DNA of 63,907 nt, the filler included, from Craspedostauros australis (Eukaryota), in the NCBI GenBank assembly GCA_030167865.1. It is 14 parts of 14 records of this genome, joined end to end, with 100 filler letters (N's around TTAATTAATTAA, not from the genome) between each part and the next. Parts side by side here need not be neighbours in the genome. Positions count along the whole stretch, not along the records: positions 1 to 20,353 come from JALAGF010003672.1; 13 more parts are not named here. One strand, written 5' to 3'. The translations under genes and the position numbers were made by a program. Shown piece by piece: positions 1 to 9,300 of this stretch (positions within the stretch are counted from its first letter, which is position 1; every line of letters begins with the position of its first letter). The notes beneath the pieces were generated by a model. That model saw only the letters and a list, made by a program, of their open reading frames with translations. It did no database searches and had not been told where the DNA came from.

Positions 1-2151
1 CCAACAAGAGCGAATGTGGATGGAGAAGAGATGAGAATGACATGTTCGAGACCGTCCCAAGCCTCTCAGACATGATCCTTGGTGCTGCGCTTGCGATTGT
101 GATCGCGATTGTGGCTGTGCTTGACAGGGGGATTGGGATGGTACATTCTGCGATGGACCGCCGATCTTCGCGGCGCCCTTCTCTGCCATCGTAGCTGTTG
201 GTGATGTGCCGAGGGTGTCCTTCAGAATGGACTGGATGATCTTGTGGTCTTCCAGTACCCCCGTTGTGGCCGTTGCAATGGCGCAACTGACGACTTGTGT
301 TGACAGCGCCTCGTGGGCATATGGTGATATGCCAAGGAAGGCATCGCCTCCCTTCTGGCTCTTTCCTCCTCCAATCGTACTCCAATCGTACACCTCATCA
401 TACTGGAGGAGTACGCGTGAGTCAGCGAGTGAGTGAATGAGTGAATGAGAGAAGAAGGAAGGACGGGAGGAAGGAAGGAAGGAAGGCGGCACTCTGCATC
501 CAAGAATACGTCATCATACTCGTATCAAAGACCATCATGGATGAGCCCTGATTCCCTTACCACCATGGCCTTTCTCATCAACCTCATCAACCTCAACCGC
601 CGCCCTTCCAACTTCTACCTTCTGCGTGATGTGTTTGTTCTGCAAAGCGTTGCGATCGAATGAAGTCAGATTGTTGTTGATGCCCACCATCTGACGCTTC
701 ACATTCAAAGCATCCATGCTGAGGTATTCCGTCTTCCAATTCAATCGCAGGAAGTCAAACACACCACTCATCACCACATCCGGATTGCTGTACAGCTCCG
801 TCGCGTTCACGATCAGGATCCTCCCGGATGATCCATGACGGTCCATCGCACGCTTCAAGCTCACCCTCGCTCGTTCGACCGCTACCCTGGCACGCCTCCG
901 CTTCTTCTTCGGCGACATGTCCTTGAAGAAGTCGTTCGTGTCCATGTGCTTCACGATGGACCGGATCTGATCCAGGGCGTTCTTGCGCGTCACGATGACG
1001 GGAACACCGGGTGTCATGCTCATCACCTCGTCCAGCATGCGAATGTACCGCGGTGTCTTGTCCACGATCCAGCTGGTCTGCTGCGAAGGATGCGGCGACT
1101 GGCCGAAGAAGGTGGAGTGCTGACGGATGCGCTGATACATCTGCGCTGGACATGAGGCGGACAGCAGGATCTCATCCCTGATTTCCGGCGTGAGGCCGAA
1201 GTGTGTGGTGCGTCCCATCCAGTCGTAGAATGGCACGGAGGTGTTGAATTCTGCGGGTGTTGGCATGGTGAGCAGTCCGCACTCCAAGCCACCGAATAGG
1301 TTGGGTGGCGATGTGAGGAACTGCACCATGATGGTGGTCCCCGAGTGTTCCATCCCTGTGACGATGCAGAAGAGACCGCTGGCGGCTGTGAAGTTGTGCT
1401 TTGCCAGTTCGCACACGTCCTCGTCCGCGATCTGTGGAGGTGGGGGCAGAGACAGATCTGCATGGGAGTTGATTGGATCTGATTGTGATTGCGATTGTGA
1501 CTGCGATTGCAACTGCGACTGTTGATCGCCAGTGAATTGGGCAGATTGAGTGGTCATGAAGGTGGCGTAACTGGCGTAACTGGCCTGGCTGACCTGATGG
1601 AGCTGAGGGAAGATCCATCCGAAGAGCAGCATGAGGGACTGGATGAGGAAGAGGAGACTCCACAGCCTGTGATTGATGTGAGGACATCTTATGCATGCTG
1701 TGAATGATGTGAATGCTGTGAATGCTGTAGTTGAGGCATTGTCAGTGCCCATGTCAGTGTTCATGTCAGTGTTGATGTCTGCCTTGGAGTTGCCCCTTGC
1801 TTCAACTTCAACTTGAACATTGTTGGTGTCTACCGTCCCATGATTCGCAGATGGCAATCGCCTTGCGAACATCTGATGCCAACAGAGCTGGGCCTGCGTC
1901 TCGACTTGATTCACTCAATGCATGAACGTGGGCAGAGGCATGGAGACAAACAGAGATGAACGGAGTTGTTTTCAGATTGAAGATGAGCGAGATGAGCGAG
2001 ATGGCCATGATGCTGATGGTCATGGTGGTGATGATGATGATCACGGTCGTAGCCGCATTTGATCCGTAGCTGACACGGTTGTTGGGGACAGAATGACTGT
2101 GGATCCAACAATTCCGTCAACTGATCGTGATTGAACAGATCACAAGACTCA
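1..2151. repeat. Left arm of long inverted repeat (pairs with 18203-20353)
   Basis: Position x pairs with 20354-x, and mirrored ORFs have identical translations. Apparently identical over 1-2030, then about 15 substitutions over 2031-2151. Confidence 0.95.
535..1872 (-). CDS. Type II membrane sulfotransferase-like protein (P-loop/Sulfotransfer_3-like), copy 1
   Basis: TM segment LWSLLFLIQSLMLLFGWIF, QS-rich stem, PSB-loop-like IVTGMEHSGTT, VDKTPRY, VFDFLRL. First ATG at 1872 (the ORF-track start at 1914 is a GTG). Confidence 0.75.
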   Translation of the reverse strand: MFARRLPSANHGTVDTNNVQVEVEARGNSKADINTDMNTDMGTDNASTTAFTAFTSFTACIRCPHINHRLWSLLFLIQSLMLLFGWIFPQLHQVSQASYASYATFMTTQSAQFTGDQQSQLQSQSQSQSQSDPINSHADLSLPPPPQIADEDVCELAKHNFTAASGLFCIVTGMEHSGTTIMVQFLTSPPNLFGGLECGLLTMPTPAEFNTSVPFYDWMGRTTHFGLTPEIRDEILLSASCPAQMYQRIRQHSTFFGQSPHPSQQTSWIVDKTPRYIRMLDEVMSMTPGVPVIVTRKNALDQIRSIVKHMDTNDFFKDMSPKKKRRRARVAVERARVSLKRAMDRHGSSGRILIVNATELYSNPDVVMSGVFDFLRLNWKTEYLSMDALNVKRQMVGINNNLTSFDRNALQNKHITQKVEVGRAAVEVDEVDEKGHGGKGIRAHP

Positions 2152-2730
2152 GATTCATTAATCATGTCCGTGACTCGATACTCCTTTGTCTTGATGTGGC
2201 CTGACGTCATCTTCGGACAACACATCAAGCCAACAACGCATCAAGCCAACAACGCACCAAATCAACAACGCATCAAACGAAGACTCGCGTTTGACCACAA
2301 CCAAAATCTGGGGGTGCACCCTTGTTGCCACAAATAGCAATGGAAGGTACGACGATGAGAACGAGCATGAGTGTGGGTACAACACGAACAGACCAGAGCG
2401 CACAAAGGAGACCATCATCTGTATGGCACCACAAGTCGTTTGTCAGAAGCGCCGTCATCCCGATCTCAATGTGCAAGAGATCGTTGTGCGAGGTGTGCAC
2501 AATTTTCCCGTTCCATCGTTCCACGTTGCGATTTGATGTGCAAATCAAGAACGAAGACAACGGCCAAGGCGAGAAGCGATCGGCCTGTGGCTCTTTGTTC
2601 CATTCCCATCCCAACCCACTCACACGATTGAATCAAGGGAACGAATTCCTTTGTACTCACTTCCGTCTCTCATTCGTGTGGTACCAAACACGCACCAGGA
2701 AATTCAACGACGTCGACGACAGCAAAAAGA

Positions 2731-3923
2731 ATGAAGATCGCAGCAGCACCAATTGCGTCAAAAGCCTTCGCTTTGTTGATCATCACAGCTTCCTCATTTG
2801 CGACCACGGTCGACGCATTCACACCATCTAGCACCTTCGTCACAAGCAACTTGAGAACTTCCAGCAGATCAGCTCCCAACATGGATGCTCAGCTCCAATC
2901 AACGGCGGCTTCGCTTTGCCCCAAATTCGCAACAGCCTTGTGCTTGGCACCACAGGAGGCATGGATGGCATACAACGACGCTCTGGAGGCCAGCCCTCTG
3001 CTCGTTAAATCCATTACCGCCTCCGTCATTCTGGGTGCCGCCGACGTGGCAGGACAGGCTCTGGAAAGCAGATATGCCAACAACAGCGATGATGATACCG
3101 TCGTCCAATCGAATTCGGAATCTGCCAGCTCTGGCATTGATCTGGCCCGCACCGCACGATTTGCATTCTTCGGACTCGTCCTGCAGGCTCCATGGAATCA
3201 CTTCTACTACCTCTTTCTGGACGGCGCCCTGCCACCGACGGCGGAACCATTCACACCCACCACCGGAATCAAGGTCGTCATCGATCAGTTCGTGCAGGCG
3301 CCCATCTTCACAGTCCTCATCTTTGGGTTCCTCGGGTTCTTGGAGGGCAAGAGTCTCGATGCCATCAAGCAGCAGCTGGGCGATGATTACGCCGACACCA
3401 TGGTTGCCAACTGTACGTCCTGCATCTTGTGCTTGTTCTGATTTTGAGTTGCATTGGAACAGAATGGAGTGTTGCGGAGTGGAGTGGAGTTCAGCATCTT
3501 GCAGATGCTCATTCAGGATGCTGGTGCAGACGATTTGGTTGTCGGAGGGAGCGTTGTGTTGGCGGAACTCATGCACGAGTTGTGATCCTTCTCCCATGCT
3601 CGCACACAATGTTCATGTTTCTTTCATGTTCATACTGGTACCAATACTGCGCCACTCAGTTTTAAGTGTGACATGCACCCTCCGTCCTCTCACAATCTTC
3701 CCCTCTATCTCTGTCTCTCCTTGTCGATCCATGCAAACATCTCCCCGACGCACCCCCAACAAACACAGGGAAGCTTTGGGTTCCAGCGACCGTCGTCAAC
3801 ATTGCCTTCGTGCCGCCAATCCTTCGTGTTCTGTACTTGAACTGCGTCTTCTTCTTCTGGTCAATCTTTCTCTCCATCAAACTCAACGGAAGCACCGCTG
3901 GCGAAGAGGAGGCGTCACCGTAG
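2731..3923 (+). CDS. Mpv17/PMP22 family protein, probably plastid-targeted; exons 2731-3412 and 3769-3923
   Basis: PLLVKSITASVILGAADVAGQ, DLARTARF, KVVIDQFVQAP. Removing GT-AG intron 3413-3768 gives ANWKLWVPATVVNIAFVPPILRVLYLNCVFFFWSIFLS. Signal peptide followed by VDAF. Confidence 0.92.
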
Positions 3924-4139
3924 GAAGACTCGTAGGGCAGGAACAAATATCACGGCATCGCGTGAATCTCGACATTCTCAGCCAAAGCCAAACTGAATCC
4001 ATCAAACTACGATGGCTTCGGCGCGGGCGGATACAAACACCAAAACAAAACAGACACAAAAGTCGAATGCAAAATAGAATGCTACTCCTATCATCATCCA
4101 ACAATCCCAGCCACTGTCCAATCGCCTGCGAAGGCATTT

Positions 4140-5192
4140 TCACAACAGCAGAACTTGACGTGCCCAATCATTGTTGCTCGTCTCCCCGTGCGCTGTATCG
4201 ATGAGCACGCTTTGGAGATCGTACTCGGCACAGCTGGAATGCATGTCGTCGCTATCGCCATAATCATGCGTGTCCGTATCGTCGCAGGACGGCCGCTGGT
4301 ATACCTTGCGCCAGTTCTGATGGTGGATTTCCTCCAGCACCATCGACAGGGCCGACACGACAGCATCTCTCTGTCGGAACGTCCTGGTCTGCAGGTCCAA
4401 GCTGCCGTCTTTCGTTTGCAGGGAGAAGCAAAGTCTGTCGCTGATCTTGGACGTCGCGATCGTTCGGAATGCAGCTGTCTGCTTCCCGACATCCACGTAC
4501 ATGATGCTCGACAATGCGATGTGATGCCACTTGCTCAGCTTCTTTCGTTTCTTCTTCGCAGACGATGGACTTGTCGCAAAACCGCCGCTGATCACGTTAC
4601 TCGTGCTGGCGGTCTGCACATGCGTGTTGGTCACATTCATGAGGGCATGCGGATTCGCACCGTCTCGCGCTCGTCTAGTGATTTCATGCCTGATATCCTG
4701 CCGTTGCTTTTGCTCCGAATGATTTTCTTCCTCTTCCTTGCGCCACATGACATGCGTCGATGTCAGGATGAGCCGCACGGAACAGGGCTTGCCTTTGGAC
4801 GAGTACGCAATGACACAAATGCCTGGATTGCGGAGTTGTGCCAACGCCGACGAAACCACGACCTCGGGATACGTGAAGACCATCACCTCCTCTTCGTCAT
4901 CGATGCCGTTGGGACGACGAGCGTCCTGCATCGCGTGATCGCGCAGGATCTGCGACGGGCGAGGAATCTCCTTCGCGTGCGCATAGCGTTTGCGGTAGGA
5001 ACCGCAGAAGTGCCTGCGGCAACCCCTTGGTAGAATTAGGTACGTAACGAAGCAGAGCAATGGCAAGAAGATGTAGGTGATCGCCAAGCTGCTTGATGAT
5101 CCGAAATCAAAAGTCGTTCCTGCCGCTCCTCCCGATGTTGCCGCCGTTGTCGATGCAACATATCGCACTGAATTTGCCCTCATTATCCCCAT
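4140..5192 (-). CDS. Hypothetical protein with N-terminal TM helix and PH-like domain
   Basis: 350-aa ORF with ATG start and TM LAITYIFLPLLCFVTYLIL. IALSSIMYVDVGKQT...CFSLQTKDGSLDLQT...RDAVVSAL resembles PLC/Mcp5-type PH domains. Confidence 0.65.
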   Translation of the reverse strand: MGIMRANSVRYVASTTAATSGGAAGTTFDFGSSSSLAITYIFLPLLCFVTYLILPRGCRRHFCGSYRKRYAHAKEIPRPSQILRDHAMQDARRPNGIDDEEEVMVFTYPEVVVSSALAQLRNPGICVIAYSSKGKPCSVRLILTSTHVMWRKEEEENHSEQKQRQDIRHEITRRARDGANPHALMNVTNTHVQTASTSNVISGGFATSPSSAKKKRKKLSKWHHIALSSIMYVDVGKQTAAFRTIATSKISDRLCFSLQTKDGSLDLQTRTFRQRDAVVSALSMVLEEIHHQNWRKVYQRPSCDDTDTHDYGDSDDMHSSCAEYDLQSVLIDTAHGETSNNDWARQVLLL

Positions 5193-6342
5193 TGCTGCAT
5201 GCTACGATGCTCACGTGTGATGAAAGTATGGGGCGAATGCAGTATCCCGATACGAATCAGACATTGGGGATCGCGCATTCACTATGCGATTGCTTGGGTT
5301 GTCGAAGTCGTGACACGCATGCTCGTGCGCATATACCGTGTAACCCTGCTGTATTTGTACCCATCCGACCACTCATCCAACCGTCTTCACATCAACTCGA
5401 CACAGCAGTCAACTAATGAGTCTGACAGAAATCGAAGCCGCCGTCAGAATCGACTAGTTCTCGCACGCAACTTTGCGAAGGCACCATCCCTCTCCCACAT
5501 AAGTTTGACACAAGGCCCCACCCGCTATCATTGCATGCTCCACACACATCCAACGGAAGGACTCGTGTGTGAATTGAAACGGAGTCGCGACGGCACGGCC
5601 AACATGCAAACCCGCACGACGGGAAGAGAGGGAGAGAGACACCCACACACAAAGAGCAAGACGCGGCGATGAGTCAATCTCTTGTGAATGGATCTCGTGA
5701 AGATCGCTGACACCACGCATTCCAACAAACCTATGTTTGTACCAATCTGGATGCTATCTTTCCGAGGGACGTGTCACATTATACCTACAATCCTTGTGCA
5801 GAACACAATTGTGGGCGTTGCGCCACATTTCTGCCATCAACCACAAATGTTCGGAACGGTTCCAGACGTGGCGCCAATGTATATCCACGACTGGCAGCAA
5901 GAAAGCTCGTTGTTCGCAAAAAGGCAATCTTTCTAGTCGTGGATAATGGATGGCTGGTGCCAACTCGGATTTTCGCGGTAACCGAACACAACACGCAACA
6001 ACAGTCGGCGATCGGCGTGGGGGTGTTGGTTTGCATGTGTTTGTGTTGAGGTGTGTGGACAGCCGCAATCAAGAGAACGAATCATGGCCTTCGTGTCGCG
6101 AACACAAACAAACAAAGCGAGTTCTCATACCATGCACGTACATGAACCTACGACGACCTGGAAGAGATCTCCCAATTCCGCTTCGCTCCTCTGCGCCTTC
6201 TTCCTCTTGAACAGTTCGTGCCAACCGCCGAGGCCAACAAGTTGATGAGCAGAGAGGTCATCGCCATCATAGAGAGCAACCACAGGAGGGACAACAGAGC
6301 AGGAGGAAGAGCAGGAGGAACGACGCAGTCGAAGAGATCGCA

Positions 6343-9300
6343 TTGATGGAGGCATCAATCGCAGGGGAGGAAGAGGTCCCAAGGTCTTGCAGACAACCCA
6401 AAGAGAGGAACTTCACAACAAAGCGATCTTCATCTTGGTCCCAGCGTCTGATCTGGGTGGTCGCAATTGGTTTGGCTGCGTGGGTTCTCGCCGAACCGCA
6501 GGTCTCGCCCAGCTGCGTGAGAGAGCTGCAACATCCGCCATCAGCCCACGAGCTTGTTCAAACAGCACCATTGACAGCGCATCCTGCATACCACACTGAT
6601 CCCCACACTGAACAACATCTCATGAACTCCTTTCTGGCAGCACAACGCTGCATTCATGCTTCGATGAACGCAGGCAGTGCAAGCCACAATGCTGGTCGCA
6701 ATGCCAAATCTTGTGACAACCTGAAAACGAAGTTGAAGCAAATCTCCAGATCCCAACACAGCAAAGTCAGTTCGCAACGTGGGTGGCTCTCCTCGCTTCG
6801 ATTTGCAAGCTCCTTGGTGGTCGATGCCTACATGGCACCGTACCCATCCAGGGCGTCCCGTCTCGCGGCCAATCCGCTGACGTTCCAGAATCTTCAGCAT
6901 CATCGACCACACATCGTCTTCGCGAGTGGTGCCAGCGTCGGCATTGACAACCATCTCTTCAGCAGGTCATTCTCTGCCGTTGCCAACCAAAACGACGTCG
7001 CAGGGCTAGGATCGCATCTTCGATCCCAACCGCAACGACGGTCCATGACACGTCTCTTGTCGACGGCCACACCTGCGGACTCCTCCGCCCCGCAAACTTC
7101 GACTGTTGAAGAAAGGATGCTGCAGCTGGAGAAAACCATCGCTGATCTCAATGACGGCGAGGCCATCAACGTCAACAGCCCGAAGCAGGTCTCCACGGCT
7201 CTCTTCGGCTCGCCTCAGCCGGCACCGAAGGCGACGCTGGAGAGGATCGCCAAGGGACTACCGGCTTCGCTGGTAGACGACGTTCCCGATGTTCGGAGCC
7301 AACAGCTGGCGCAGAACATCCTGTTGCTTCGCGTGCTGAGGAAGCAGCAATCAGACATGGCAAAGGGAACCACTGTCGCATCGAAAGCGGACGCGGCAAA
7401 ATCCGCCAACGCGGAAAAGAAAGATAGCAGAGCAAAGGGAGAGGAGATCCCGCCTCAGTACCCCTCGCCAGATGGCAAGCAAGCTTCCGGCAATGCCAAC
7501 GCGCGAACTGCCAACAGGGCCATTTCGCACGATGAATGGATCGAATACCTCTTCGCGAATCCTAAGTGCAAGGTCGATCCGTACTGGAAGGAGCCGCTTC
7601 TCAGGATCAACAAGAGCACGGCGCAGGCCCTCATCCCACAGTTGGACTGTGAGCAGTGTCCCATGGGGTACGACCCTTTGGGGTCTCCTCATCCGCCATC
7701 CTGGAACAGGTTCTCCCTGGACTTGGGAGCCTTGTCGTCATCGTCACCGACAGCAGCGAGATCCGCAAGATCCACGCAAGGCCGCAAGGGCACCTTCCTC
7801 CATTTCTGCCGTGCCGAAAAGGAAAGGCATCCGCACTGCATAGTCCTGACCAGGTGCGGCGATTTCTACGAGACCTACGGACTGGATGCCATCCTTCTCG
7901 TCGAGCACGTCGGGTTGAACAGTATGGCAGGCAAGTGCAAGGCCGGGTGTCCGCATCGCAACATCCAGGCCACCTTGACCGCCATGACACAAGCTGGATT
8001 CTCCGTGGCCGTGTACGAAGAGGTGTCCGAAACGCAGCTCGCCACAACGCCAACAGGCGGGGCAGGATCATCGTCCGCATTCAGAGGTACCGCCACTGGC
8101 ATTGGCAGCGAAACGGGAAGCACGCGAAGATCGGCGGTCGCCAGCACTGGCGCATCGCCGAGCAGCAGCAAGCAGCTCAAGACGAGGGTGCTCACGCAGA
8201 TCGTGTCGCCCGCCTCGCCGATCTACCTCTACGATCAGTGGTTGCTTTCGTCAGCGGATGATCCCCAAAAGTCGCTGGAATCTCTACCGCAGTCCCGTCC
8301 CTTCGTGGGCATCATCAGCACATCCAACGATGGATACGCTCTCATCAAGGTGCAGATGGAGGAGAGGACCGTCCATGTGTCAGAACGTCTGACAGCAGAG
8401 GCCGTGGCATGCCGGCTGGCGGCAGAGCCACCCTCCGACCCATTAATAGTTGTCCTGTCACCGACGGAGCACCAGCAGTACCGCCAGTGGACAACTTCGC
8501 CACTCTCCTCCATGACGCCGAATCCGTCCTCATCGTCATCCACGGGGTTGTCCATGTCGCAGTGGAGTGTGTTATTCCCATTCCTGCCCGCCTCGGCTCA
8601 ATCCGCCCGCCGCTCCACCGTGACTCCAGCAGCCGGCACCACCCGAACGATGATTGAGTCTTCGCTTGGTGGCTACCGGCTCCGTACGAGCATCCTGCCC
8701 CCGTTCGTCATACCGGATGCCGGGATGGGAATGTCAGACACTGATCGCTACAGCTCTGCCATCATCAACAGCCTCCTGCAGCTGGGCGACTCTGGTATAA
8801 CGGACTTTGACACAACACTAGGTGAAGGTACGGATGCGATGGGATCCGACGTCGATACTATGGATACAGACAGCGCATACAATGCTGCAGGGAACGATCG
8901 TTCCTTGGCGGACACGAAGAAAAGCGGAAGCGATCGCATGAGCAACGATCAAAGCAACCGCATCGGCGATGGTCTACGCATGCACGACTTTCAGATCGTC
9001 GCCATGTCGTCTTTCTCGCCCAGCATCTCGTTATCATCATCCATATCCACTCAATCAACGGCGGAGACAGAAACTGGAATTGCGCCGAGCTCGACGCAAC
9101 AATCCAAGACGCAAACCAACCCACTGTACGTGGAAACCGCCATCCAGCTTGGACTGCTTCAGGACAAGACTATCCCTGCGCTATTGCTACATGTGATGGA
9201 TGATTCTGCCCCCATCGCAGCACGGCAACTTATCCAGCGGTATCTGCTCGTTCCGCCTCCTCCAGTCGTTGCGGACGCACTGAGGACCGTGGTGGCCTCG

